64,000 nt of DNA from Phyllobates terribilis (taxonomy: Eukaryota). The notes under the pieces were generated by a model. The model was not told the DNA's origin, ran no database searches, and saw only the letters and a program-made list of their open reading frames with translations. Position numbers and translations under genes: made by a program. Location of the stretch: NCBI RefSeq assembly GCF_046119375.1, contig NW_027362764.1, positions 700,352,001-700,416,000 on the forward strand, given 5' to 3'. Shown piece after piece: positions 35,088 to 50,112 of the stretch; the first letter of the stretch is position 1; each line of letters opens with the position of its first letter.

Positions 35088-35502
35088 GTTCTGGTACAGT
35101 TCCCTTGGTAAGTGTTTGCCTTTAGCCATTCCCTATTTCTTAACATTGGGCTGTTTTCACTCTTTTCAATATTAACTTTTATTTTTAAGACATTAATTCA
35201 TTGTACAAAGCGAAATAAGTAGTAAAACCAAGAAGGGGGGTTCATTTATTTCACATTTTTGTAGATTAGGCTACATCTATACATGTTACAAAAGCAGCAA
35301 AGTATCAGTTTGGAAAATAACCTTTCTGATGTAATTTTGGTAGCACTTGCCATTAAAATGGCTTTCATGATCCCTTGCGAAGGATGACATGTTAGATAAT
35401 TGTTCAGTTCTACTTTTTTATGCCTTGCATCTTTAATAGTAGTTTGAAGTTGATTGTGAGCATCACCCTACAAAAGTCTTGTATTTTAAGATTATTAGTC
35501 CC

Positions 35503-35508
35503 AATAAA
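35503..35508 (+). terminator. Candidate polyadenylation signal of paralogue B
   Basis: AATAAA about 415 nt after the stop, followed by a GT-rich stretch (gtttgctgtatgtt). Confidence 0.5.
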
Positions 35509-36458
35509 GCAACGTTTGCTGTATGTTAATACCTGTGCACGTTTCGGTGTCACCTCAGAACTTTATTATGCGGAAAGTTAGCTACAATTAAAAATGGCCT
35601 TTGTAGTAGAGATTTTTTGTTTATAAATAAGCTGTCTATACAGTAATTGTTCAGTTATTAAAGGGAATCTGTCATGTCCCCAAACGCTATTGACCTGTAG
35701 ATATGGGGTTATTATGTGCCAAAGCCTAATTACAGCCACCGCTCACTGTGTACCGAGCAGTGACTGATTCCGCGCCTCATTGAAAGCCACAGGCTGCCGG
35801 GAGGAATAAAGTTGATTTCTTCCTGGTAGCCGGGCTTTCGGTGTGGTGGCCGGGCTGCTTCAGAACACTATTAACCTACAGATTAACCACGTGTTTGCAG
35901 GTTAATAGCATTTGGGGACATGTGATGGGTCGTCTTTAATCTGTAAAAGTCATCTGCTGCACTTTTTGCGACAAACTACAGTACAAAGCCAGTTCATGCA
36001 GTTATACAAAGCCCCGCTCACATTGACAAATACGCATGACCACATTGTATAATGTCCTAGCCATTCCTCATTTAGTTTCCATATTTTGTATCATGCTGCA
36101 ATTAAATCTGAAAAATATATATAATTTTTAATGTTTGTGCCCTCCTACTTTTCATAATTTTGTCTGACTGTAAGACAGCTGGCTGCAAAAGGTGCCTGTC
36201 CTATCTGCAGTAGGACAAAAAGATTAACTAAGCTTCACCCACTCAGTCGTTAATATGTATGATTTTTTCAAACACTGTTTTAGACACCTGCAGAAAATCC
36301 TGTTGATTGACAGTGTTTATCTCCTGTTATTTCTGAATCATGCCAGGTTTAGTGTTTCTTTTCTTTGTGTGTGTTTCAGACTTTAAACTGGTTACCCACT
36401 ACTCAAACAACTCCGTTTCAATCCGCATGTTTGCCCCAAGTAAAAAAAATAACCCTAA

Positions 36459-36612
36459 GGCCACGGCCCCACTGGGAGTGGGGAGCCAAAACCAGGTGAG
36501 GAACAATCAGAGAAAAAGTATAATAGAAACAAGTCACCAATTCTACATTTATCACCCACTCCTGGTTTTGGCTCTCATTCCTGAGAAAAAATACTGATAG
36601 GGGTCCGTGGCC
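36459..36612. mobile_element. PIF/Harbinger MITE (ggccacggcccc family); second copy at 42176-42368 nested in Tc1
   Basis: TIRs GGCCACGGCCCC / GGGGTCCGTGGCC with TAA/TTA flanks. The second copy has TTA on both sides. Confidence 0.8.
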
Positions 36613-39600
36613 TTAAACTCACCTCCGGTGCAGATGACATTACAGCATTGTCGCACTCCTCTCTTGGGGCCCTGTGAATCAAGAGGAAGAGCTGCGGCTG
36701 GCCGGTCACTTCCTCTTGATGTCTGATACTTCTGAAGGTGGGGAGAGTGAAGCCAGCGCTGATTGGGTGCCAGGGTTCATGTCACATAATGTGACGCGAG
36801 CCCTGGGAGAGCAAGAGCCGACATCGCTGTAACGCCATCTGAGTGGAGTGTTACCTTACGTGGGGCAAACATTCTGATTCAGACAGGGTTGTCCGAGTAG
36901 TGGAGAACCCCTTTAAAATCCAGAGCACTTCACAAATTATTTTTCATATATGCAGCTGATCTAACTTGGCGATATAGTGCAGTATTATTTTGCCATGTCT
37001 GGCAGCATTTACTGTGAATAACTAGTATATAAATACTCATGTTTGAGACTTGAGAATTCTGATACCGAAATCTGAATATTATAGCCCTATATTAAAGGAT
37101 ACCTCCAGTTGTACTGAAAAACGTTTATACTGCTGGAGTATACATACTATTTTTTCTATATACAGTGTATAGCAGATTTTGCTTGTAAATAGCAGCATTG
37201 ATTATGCAGCTTTCTGTTTGCATCAGTGCAATATAAATGTGAATTCTACATTGCCCCAAAAGGGACCACTCCATGTTCATGCTGCTATTTTAAAATGAAA
37301 TGCTTCATATTTAGAAAAATTATTATACAGACTACTGGACAATTTTTTTTTTTTTAATGTAGCATTTCAGGTTTGTTTTTTTATTCCTCCTATTTTAGTT
37401 CCCCAGTATATACAATTCAGCTACTATTATTTTTCTATTTAGTATACTTCCCTTCAGTTAAGTCATGAAATCTCATGGTGACCCCTGAGAAGGGGATCAC
37501 CATCACCAGAACTTCCTGTATTGTGAGACTGCCTAGATTGTACCATACACTTTCTTCATGGGTGAGAGAGGGCAGAAACTCTTATCACAGTTACTGATGA
37601 TGATCACATAGCTCCTATCATACTGGAGTAATGTGTTAGATGCCACCTCAGACTCCCTGACTGTATACTTATAATCTGTTAGCTTTTTTTTTAGCACAAT
37701 ATAAAGGAAAGGATAATAACTGTGTCCTCTCAGCTGGTAGGGATGGTATTGACTCTTAACTGGTAAAGGAGAGCACAGAGGAATAAAATGCAGAATGAGA
37801 GCTTGTAATGAAAATGAAGGCTGAAGGGAAGAAAGCAGGGACTGGGCTACAGGGAAATGAGTTCATCATATGAGAAGTGCAGAGTGTGATAGGCAGTCAG
37901 GTGGGGGTTGGAGTGATGGGGGGGGGGGGGGGGGATTGATTTCTTTAAAAGGTTACTCCCATCTGCATGGATGACTATGGTCCGTGTTTGTAAAGACAGG
38001 CACTTTGTAGATCATGCAAAATAAACTTATTGTGAGAGAAAATGACCTGTTGCCAGTACCATCTAGATTGCAGCAGCGTGATACCATAGGTTAGACCACT
38101 AATTAAAAAAAAAACAAAAAACTTCAGTGTGTGGTGAGGGTGGGAGGGATAAGAAAAAAGGCAGTAGATAGAAATCTTCTTTATACAAGGAAACGTGACC
38201 TCCATGTGGTGATGTGGAAAGAAGTGGTTGGCGAGGAGGATTCCTAAGGACACTGGATGAAGATCGTGACCTGCTGGTATACCATACGCTGGCTTGTTGC
38301 TGCTGAGGACAAGGATGTGCTGAAAATTGGCGTTTCTCGAGGAGCGTTGTGTGTAAGTATCTTTGAAAACTTGAGCTTGCAAAACTTGCATCAACTAATC
38401 GATATATTCTCACATTATACCTTTTACAGAGTTGCTTTCCTGTTTATTTACATGCTCACATAATTTAACAGCTCTAGAGAAGTTATTAAATACTATAAAG
38501 TACATAGATGTGCATACATTAGCCTTCATAGCATTGCCTTACAGGGAAGGGCCACCTTGGCCACAAAAATAAAATCAGAAGCTGGAAAAAGTTTTAACCA
38601 TATTGTTTAGATAGGGTAGATATATTGTAGATCATGGTGAAAAATCCACACGGTACTGCAGAACTAGCATATTGGATGAGTATTTAGCCAAATCTCATCC
38701 ACAGACAAACATTTGAGGAAGCACTTAAAGGGGTATTCCCATCTCATAGATTTATGACATATCGACATGATATGCCATAATTGTATAGTAGGTATGTGTC
38801 CTACCAATGGGAACGGCATCTGTCTTTAGAATATAGGGTGCTGATGGGCTTGGCTGTCAGTGCAGAGGTGGTCTGCATTTCTATGAAAATGAATGTGAAT
38901 TCTGACTACTTCTGTGCTGACACCCCTTTTAGAGAGCGATGTGGGCATTGGTGGGACCTATAGCTACTATACTTTTACCACATTTCCTGTTCATATAGCA
39001 TACATTTGTGAGATGAGGATATGTCTTTAAACAGCATGTTACTGACCCAGCAGGGAGTCCTCAGCTAATAAACAGCAGCAATTAGAGGAAAATACTTATT
39101 ACACCTGATACTGATCCACTTACTAATGATTGAACAGGCAGCCAAGATTCGGGTGCATTAAAGAAGTTGTCCACTACTTTTACATTGATGCTCTATCTTA
39201 TGGATAGGGCATCAATGTAAAAGTAGTGGATAACTTTAAGTATATTTGGTACTGTGTTAGTAGAGATTGTGGAGAATTAGAAGAACATGGCTGTTTTATT
39301 CTTTTAAAGAAAAAAAAAAAGTCCCACCAATATCCAGCGGTGGTTTGTGGTATTACAGCTCAGCTCCATTTACGTTGATGAAACTAAGCTGCTATACTGC
39401 TCATGGATAGTTGTGGTGCAGTATCTGGAAGAAAGCAGACATTTTTTTCTAAGTACAATCCAAGCAACTAAGGGCGAATTCACACACTGCCGATTTTGTT
39501 GCAGAAATTCCCACAACTGAAAATCTGTTGGAGTCATCTTCTTGGGGTCCCTTGGCTCATTTAGGTGAATGGAACTGATTTTCAGTTGCAGAAATTTCAG

Positions 39601-41273
39601 CAACAAAATTGGCCTATCGTTTTCCCTGGAGGCGCTAGAAGCACAGCTGTAAGTAATCTTACCAAGTTGTATTCTCTGCTGTTACTATTGCTGAAATACC
39701 AAGAAACATCACCCTGTGATTAAACAACCCAAGCTAGATTAGTTCCCATGGATTATTAGTGTATAGGAATATGAGAATCACTGCCAGGTACCAAGGTCAA
39801 AAGCCCTGTTGCCAAAAAACAAAATTCTGATGTATTGGGTTTGTCACAGGACAGCGGCGGACTCGAAACCTGTAATGGATGTGGTCTGGACCTTACACAT
39901 GATGCTCCACTAGCTGATGTTGCTGACCCAGGATGTCCAGGAATGATAGAACCAAGATCTTAGGCCAACGTGGGATCCTATGCTGGAAAGACATGCAGCC
40001 ATTCAACTTGCAGCACCGATTATTTTAATGGTTGACTTTCTCTTTGAAAATCTGTTTATTAAAAATGATTCTCCTTTACCATAAGCTGTTCATTTTTTTG
40101 GCTTTTTTGCATTGCTTATTTGATGGAACAGAAGTGACAGCACAGGTTTGTACCAAATTATGGCTCCTCAGAGGTCTCCAAATATGCTTTGTCTATCATC
40201 TGCTGTATTATGGAGTTATCCTACCCAAGAATCATTGTCTTCATGGGTTCTTAACTTTGTAATATATTGGCTCACAATGGCCCTGATTCTTCAGCGTTTT
40301 TTCCAGAAATCTGGCATAAAACGCTTGTCTCAAAATGTTGGTGTTTGTATGCCGGTATCGCCCTATTTCACCAAAACTGGTAGAATGGAGGCTTGACGCC
40401 GATGATCATCTATTTCTTGGCGATTTGTGCCTTACCCCAGAAATGTTACTCCAGTCACAATCCGGAGTAAGATTCGTGGAGTGGGCGCAGGGAGGGGCAC
40501 ACTATTTCTCAGACACGCCTGATTCATTAAGAGGTGTGCGACTCTTGAAAAATCAGGAGTGTCTGACTCATGACACACCGCCTCATCAACACAAGTGTGA
40601 ACAGCCCCCTTTCTTGATGAATCGGAGCCAGAGTACTTACTCCCTCTACAAGATGTCTGCCATATCAGAGCCTGAGCAAAGTTTGAGACTTATTGGGCTC
40701 GGTTCACATCTGTGATGTTTTCCACCATAATCAGAAACCATTATGCAGTGCCAGAACCTTTAAGATTACAGTAAACAATGGTGCCTGATTGAACAATGGT
40801 GAGGGCACAGGGTCCTACTGCGGTGAATATGCAGAGTTATAGAAGCAGATGGTGAATGTCAAACTCCTGAGATTTCAACGCTGGACCAGAAGATTATGCC
40901 CCTTCACAGGTGTCTGGTTACTGCTACTAAGAGATGGAAATGGTTTTCCTAAATCGAAATAAGCAATACCATCCGAGACTGGAAATCTTCCTTCGCCTAG
41001 TTCCAATGTGGTTTGTACATGTTTTATTGTGATACCTGCGGGGGATGGATGTTCCTGGACTTTGCAGACATCCTGGTCTTGGTCACCTATTATCCAAAGT
41101 TGCAGTCAATCTATGAAGAAACTGATAGAGCAGATGGCAGGTAAGTGTGGAAATGGTCTGTTGCTGTTGATGAAATGGATGTCTCTCCTGCAGTGGAACT
41201 AAGGTAAGTGTAAATCATGGACTAAGTCTCATCCTGAGACAAAAATTGGAACAGTACATAAACTAAGAATATA

Positions 41274-43399
<2,126 letters not shown>

Positions 43400-43927
43400 T
43401 ATGTGTTATGACACACAACAGCAGAAACTTGTAGGAATAAAAAGACCTTTCACAGCAGCAAGACCGCTAATATGAGGCATACAGGTAAATATAGAAATGT
43501 AAATCTATCACCTGTATACCTATATTAGAGGTCAGATAAGTGCCAGGGGGCTGACAGATTCCCTTTAAGATTTGGTGTGTTCACTTTCAGTGGGTAGGCA
43601 GCATGTGCATCTTCTAGGAGTCCATTTTAGTTATCTGCTAACCTGTCATCCACTTCAGACCTGAAGAGAAAATGGTCCTGTACACTGCCTCAGTGATCCC
43701 ACTAATACATCGGACAAAAATGATATATCTTTTTATCCCATATTTATCTACAGTGGATATTAAGTCTACACACCCCTTTTAAATTGCAAGGTCTTTGTCA
43801 TGTAAAAAAAAATCATACCAAGAAGAATCATTTCAGAACTTTTTTGACTGACTTTTTTATATCGCCCATAATCTGTACAATTTTTAGGTGAAAGACAAAT
43901 AGTTTTTTTAAGTGGAAAAATTAAACT

Positions 43928-44790
43928 ACCGTATTTTTTGGACTATAAGACGCTCCTAGGTTTTAGAGGAGGAAAATAGAAAAAAAAATGTAAGCAAAAA
44001 ATGTGGTCATGATGCCCTGTTAAGGGGTAGGGGCTCTGCTGCTGACACTGGTATAGGGGTAATGTCCCCCAATTCTGTTACTATCCCCCATCCTGGTATA
44101 TATATAGCCCCCTCCTTCCTGTTATACGTGGCCCTCATCCCCATCCTGATATGCATGGCACCCAAATCCCCCATCCTGGTATGCATGGCACCCAAATCCC
44201 CCATCCCTCTTCCTGGTATGTATGGCACCCCTCATGCCTCATCCCTGTATGTCTGGCCCCCTCATCCCAGTATTTATGGCCCACCTCATCCTCGTATGCA
44301 TGGCCCCCTTCATCTCTGAATGTATGCCCCTGATCCCCGTTGCGCTGCACAGAAAAAAAAATAAACAATCATACTCCCCTCCTCTCTCTCCTCCAGCGCT
44401 GTTTCCAGCTCTGTGCCGGAATTGGCACTGCTCCCCACGATGGTACTGTCTGGTGAATATTCATGGCCTTTAATAGCAGGCATGCTGAGCTCAGCAGGAG
44501 CCATGCTGCAGCTACAGTATGCGCGCTATTAGGGAGAATGAATGGTCACTGCTCCCCACGCACGCAGTACCGGCGTGGGGAGCAGTGACTATTCCGGCAC
44601 AGAGCTGGACAAAGCGCTGGAGGGGGAGTATGAAAGTTTTTATTTTTTTTTCTGTGCAGCGTGACGGATGAAGGGGGCCATGCATGCAAGGATGAGGCAT
44701 GAGGGGGTCATAAATACAGGGATGAGGCATGAGGGAGTGCTAAGCATACGAGGATGAGGGTGCCATGCATACCAGGAGCCGGTTATTAAG
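43928..44790. mobile_element. Non-autonomous TA-terminal (Tc1/mariner-pogo-like) element with subterminal 30-bp repeats and an internal palindrome
   Basis: Starts TACCGTATTTTTTGGACTATAAGACGC, with tandem cccccatcctggtatgcatggcac units and inverted arms at about 44370-44640. Right end not found. Confidence 0.6.
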
Positions 44791-45284
44791 GAAAATTAAT
44801 ATGCTTTTTGCTTCCCCCCCCCCCCCATGTGTAGTTTTTTTTCTGTTCTAGTTTCTTTCCCACTTTTTATGTATTTTATTTTGATTTTAATTATATGTCA
44901 ATAAAATTCTATTTTATTCCACTGGCGCTAATCTTCCAATTGATTTAGCCCAGAGAAGACTGCATTGTTTCTGGATTGTGTTGATGTACATCATCTTTGC
45001 ATGATAGTGCTTTCGCTTTCATTTGTGGATTGCACAGCGAACTGTGTGGACAGACAAGGTTTTCTGGAAATATCCCAAGTCCATACAGTGATTTGCACAA
45101 CTAAATCATACCTGTTGGTAATGCAGTGGCGCCTGAGGACCCATAGATCACGAGTATCCATTATTGACATTCAGTCTTGTGCACATGGATTTAACCATAA
45201 TCTCTGAATCCGTTGATATGTGCTGTAAGTGGTGGATATTCAAAGTCTTTGCAATTTTTTGTTTAGGAACATTATTCTGAAATT

Positions 45285-45979
45285 ATAGATGTGACACATC
45301 TAGCTAGCTGCAAATACCACCATTTGTCCAGTTATGGATATAAAGAATCTGTATAATTCGCACTTCAGTAGAGCTGATAAGGCGACAGGGAACGTAGCAA
45401 TAATGTAGACCATGTGCAATTTAATATGAAACTAGACCTAAGATCCACCGAACTGAATAGCCACAGATTATGCCACAAAATATCTGAGCGCATAGAACTA
45501 CGAGGGATTGGCACTTAGCGGACTATTTATATAAAGTGCATAGTGATTAGCAGCATGAAGGATAAAAAAAAAGTCCAGCATTGGGAGGCAATGCACCTTG
45601 TAGTGTCAGTCCAGATCTTGAAGTAATGGCGTTGTCATACAAAGTTTTTCAGTTATACACTCGTGGCCGTCCAAATCCTCAGACTGGGCATCGCTCATTA
45701 ACCTCGTTTTTAGCATGCAGGTTTATTATCACTTGAGCATCTGGACTTTTTTTTTCACCCTTCATGTTGCTAATCACTACAATTTATATAAGTAGTCCGC
45801 TAAGTGCCAATCCCTCGTAGTTGTATGCGGTCAGATATTTTGTGGCAGAACCTGTGGCTATACGGTTCTATGTATGTTGGGTCTAGTTTCATATTAAATT
45901 ACACATTGTCTACATTATTGCTACGTTCCCTAACTGTCCCCTTATCGGCTCTAGTGCAGCCGAATTATACAGATTCTTT
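45285..45979. mobile_element. Fold-back insertion (about 240-bp inverted arms) with a 14-bp target duplication, inside a Tc1 remnant
   Basis: Arms at 45341-45578 and 45741-45980. ATTATTCTGAAATT occurs at 45271-45284 and 45980-45993. The Tc1-like sequence resumes across the insertion. Confidence 0.75.
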
Positions 45980-46637
45980 ATTATTCTGAAATTGTTTTGC
46001 TATTTTTAGATTCAGTTGTTCAGTTTGGTGAACTTCTGACCATCTTTGCTTCTGAGAGACTCTGCCTCTCTAACATGCTCTTTTTCACACACTTATGTGA
46101 CTGACTTAAAAATTGACCCTCCAGCTGTTTTTCATTAGTGACCATTCTTTTCCTGACTTTTGTTAACACTGACCCACATTTTTTGAAGCATATTGCTGCC
46201 ATCAGTTTCTAAATGAGTTAAGTTTTTTTCAAAGGAAATGGGAATATTTCCAACGTCCACCTTCTGACCTGTGTTCTGTTGTGAATAATAATTATCTATA
46301 AGAGATTTCCGGATAATTGCGTTCTGGTTTTCTTTACATTTTATACAGCGTCCTAACCTTTTTGGGATATGAGTTTTATATCTTTTTCTTCCTCTCCATT
46401 GCATCCTCACTTGTTACATCTACTACCATTTCTCCAGACATTACCACATAGTACTGGCCTCTTTGCTGTTAGAGCACCACAAATTGAGGCGACAGCAGGA
46501 AAGCTGCTCAGCATGTTTGTTCTGTCCATCATTGAACACAGGAAAAGGTGGACCCGGCTTTCAGGGGGACCTACATTAAACAATGTATACATAACACCAC
46601 AGACTATTTTTGATGGATGTATTTTGCAAATGTACAT

Positions 46638-47540
46638 TGTTGCAGCGGTTTTTATTCTGACCCAAAGTCAAATATGCCGGATCACCAGTGAGACGAATGT
46701 CTTCTTGTCACATACAGTGGACCACTCCTAATGGAACCCCTTATATCAATCATGGACTTATTTATTGGTCCCTTATACTCAATTACTCATCACTCATGTG
46801 ATTCAGAGATTCTCTTAAGCATACATACAAAAATTCACAAAAACTCACAGCCTGCCTATTCAACCTATGAAATAAGTACAAATTTATAAGGACTGAAGTG
46901 CTCCCTGACACTCCAGTAGCACTGAAAGCCACTTACATAAACACAGCCTATACAGCATTAAACAATGTACTACCAATCCGAGATGGCCACAGCAATAGAA
47001 TCACAGAGATTGCCCCAACTCTGCAGCTCTGCACAATGCAACAAGTTAGTAGAAAGACAAATAATACAGATAATCCTTATCTTAATACAGGCATGAAATC
47101 ACAAAACTCACTGTGATCTGCTTTTACTCAGATATTGCAAGAGTTCCAAGAGATTGAAAGCACAATGACAAGGTGTAAGAATAAAGGCTTCTTACCTTGC
47201 TGCAGCTGGAATTTGAAGTTGCAATCTCTAAGAAAATTCCCACATATGGCTTCTAAATAGGCTAGTTACCGTGGCCCCACGTTGGGCGCCAAAACGGTTG
47301 TAGCTATTTTTGTTCTGACCCAAAGTCAGATATGCCGGATCACCAGTGAGACCGAATTAAGAGATCAGGCCCTCCAATATAATGAGCGCTCAGAGAAAAG
47401 ACCACACTGGTTGTGAGCGAATCAATTTGTTTATTCACACACACAATACTATCTCTTATACCATTTACAAGCAATGCGACTCAATGTAGCCCTCCCTCTA
47501 CCCAGATCATGATGACTTTATTCACCCTGTACCCATAACA
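46638..47540 (-). mobile_element. LTR/endogenous retrovirus remnant: 5' LTR, tRNA-Lys(CUU) PBS, leader with splice donor, and a U5 fragment of a second LTR
   Basis: PBS TGGCGCCCAACGTGGGGC at 47291-47274. LTR of about 250 bp starts TGTTA at 47540, with TATAAG (47460-47455) and AATAAA (47435-47430). A roughly 60-bp direct repeat of its U5 lies at 46638-46700. Confidence 0.75.
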
Positions 47541-47795
47541 TGTTTTTGCAGAAATCAACAGAATATTGCATATGAGATAAGAAGCATAAAATCCTTGGCT
47601 GCGAGACTGATGCTGGATATTTCTAAAGAAAGTATAAAACAGAGAACAGACAGAAATGTAGAGCAGAGAGGAAAAACATTAACCCTTCTATATCAACATC
47701 ATTTGACATACTCTGAGTTTTGAATAATTCTTTACTTGGGACAGACGCTATGATACTCATACAAAATTGGATTAGATGTATGCCGCAATCTTTAA

Positions 47796-48181
47796 AAGAG
47801 TTGTACAGGACTTTTATATTGATGGTCTATTCATAGGTCATCAATGTCTGATCAGTGGTAGTGCGACACACCCTGCATCTCCGCCGATCAGCTGTTCTCT
47901 GGGCTGGCTGAATGTGCCGAGTTGTAGATCTGCCCAGCTCCGTCAACAGAATAGTGGCCATGGCTGGGTACTGCACATCTGCCCCCTACTCAAATCAATA
48001 GGTGGCAGATGTGCTGTAACTGGCCACAGCCAATATGCAGTTGACGGGACTGTGCTGTGCAGTTCAGCAACCCAGCACATCAGGCTGGTACTGGGAACAG
48101 CTGAAGGTGTCAGGTGTTGCACTCCTGTCAATCAGATATTGATGACCTATTCTAAGGATATAAAAGTCCTGTACAACCCCT
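47796..48181. mobile_element. Kolobok T2-MITE
   Basis: TTAA|AAGAGTTGTACAGGACTTTTATA...TATAAAAGTCCTGTACAACCCCT|TTAA. Confidence 0.8.
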
Positions 48182-48483
48182 TTAAAGTTTTGCATAAGAT
48201 GATAGTATCCTGTTGATGGACACACATACCATTATTTGGAACGTTCGAAATCTTTTTCTTTTTTTTTATTTACTGCTCGTCGTTATTGTTATAATTGTAC
48301 TACTAGAAGAACTTTGCATTATGGAAAGTACAAACCGCTTTAGTGTTTATGTAGAATCTGGATAGTGTAGAAGTTGAAGCTAAGTTAAAGCTGGTGGAGG
48401 AAAAAAAAGGGTCCGTCCCCCCCCCCTATTTTGAAAACACTCCCTTCCTTTCCCTGTGACTGAACAACTATCTGTGACTTAAC

Positions 48484-49305
48484 CCCTTCACGATATTTGA
48501 CAAACTTATACGCCAAGATCGGGTAGGGATTCCTGACCATGCATAAAAGCACAGTCAACCACAGTTTTATGCTCTTCTGAAAAGGACACAGCTGAACAGA
48601 GGCTAGACTGTGTCCACAGTAACTCTGGTGCCTCATTATAGTGAATGGACCTCTTAGGGGTTTCATCTAAATTACGTCATTCAGAGATTTAGATGGAAAC
48701 CCGATGTAAGTGCTCAGCGTAAAGCGCAGGATGAATGTGATCCCAAATGTTATGTAAAATGTTTCCAATAAAAGCATCGCATTTCCAAAAAAAAGCCCCC
48801 ACTCAGGTCCGTCAACTGTCAGTGGAAATATAGCAGCTTCCACGTTACTGGTAGTACAAGTACAAAAGCTCTGGAACAGTGCTTTGGCTCCTCGCCCCGC
48901 AAAAGAAATCCAGCAAATGTTTCTCTGTCAAATCCAAATGCTCCCTTTCCTTCTGAGCCCCAGTGTGCCTAAACCAATTTTACTGTCCACATGTTTGGCA
49001 TTTCTGTAGCGATGAGAGCCCGCTTAATTTTCAGGTGCATGTCTCCAGAAGAACGAGCTGGGTATAACACACTGGGCACTAAAATGGCATATTTGCAATT
49101 TTCACTTTATCTACATCCACTGCTGCTTGTTTCTGAAAAACACCCATGGAATCAAAATCATAATTACACCTGTGGATGAATTCCCAGAGGGGTGTAATTT
49201 CCAAAATGGGGTCACTTGAGGTAGGTATTCTGTATTTCTGGCCTTAGGGGCTCTCTGTATATGGAGTCCACAAACTAATCCACGAAAATTTGTTCTCCAA
49301 AAGTC
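48484..49305. mobile_element. Truncated non-autonomous piggyBac-type element (second family)
   Basis: TTAA|CCCCTTCACGA start. The other terminus was not seen. Confidence 0.6.
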
Positions 49306-49699
49306 AAACTTTGTCATGGATTATTATTCAGAATATCACAGGCCGGGAGTCACTCAGAGCCACCCGCTGTGACCTTTGGAGCGAACAGCTCTCTGCTGCC
49401 CCCTATCGTACAAACAATTACACGATTGACCAACAGTTAATGGAAGAGGCTGCCGGCTGTTTGCACTAACAGGTCGGTTATCGGAAAACTAACAGTGAGT
49501 GTATGGTATATACACCTTCGGATTCCAATGTCTGGAATATATGTACATACTCCCCATCACCGCTGTCTCCACGATAACCGCTGACTGCTCGCCGCCACCA
49601 CCAATCCGTTTCAAAAATGATGCTGATGTAAATTGACATATGGGAAAAGTTAGTTTATCAACTATTTTGTGTGATATAACAATCTGATTTAAGGGTTTA

Positions 49700-50112
49700 T
49701 TTGGCCCTCGACACTAGAACCACCACCCCTATATGGAACCATTATTCTGTATGAAGGAGTATGTGGGGCCATTATTCTGTATGGCAGACTATATGGGGCC
49801 TATATTTTGTATGGAGGACTATTTGGTGCCCATAATACTGTATGAAGAACTATGGGGTCATTATACTGTATGGAGGACTATGAGGTCATTATACTGTATG
49901 GAGGACTATGTGGGGCCGATTATACTGTATGGAGGACTATATGGGGCCATTATACTCTATGGAGCACTATGTGGGGCTCATTCTGTATGGAGCACTTTGT
50001 GGATCCATTATACTGTATGGAGGACTTTGAGGGGCCCATTATACTATATACTGGTTGACTTTGTCCAAGTTTTTCATTTTGGCCCTCAGTGCATTTGAGT
50101 TTGACATCCCTG
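49700..50112. mobile_element. hAT-type MITE with about 11 tandem 28-30 bp subterminal repeats
   Basis: Repeated tggggccattatactgtatggaggacta units. Right terminus GAGTTTGACATCCCTG. Confidence 0.7.

Noticed and set aside
37975-41202. Several 60-140 aa ORFs in the unique-looking 38-41 kb region
   Set aside because: None matched a family I recognise, and candidate exons have stops in all frames. Kept only as possible non-coding 3' exons.
45360-45410. Hammerhead-like words (TGATAAG...GAACGTAGC) in the fold-back arms and CTGAGGA in the spacer
   Set aside because: Stem II cannot form and the GAAA core is incomplete.
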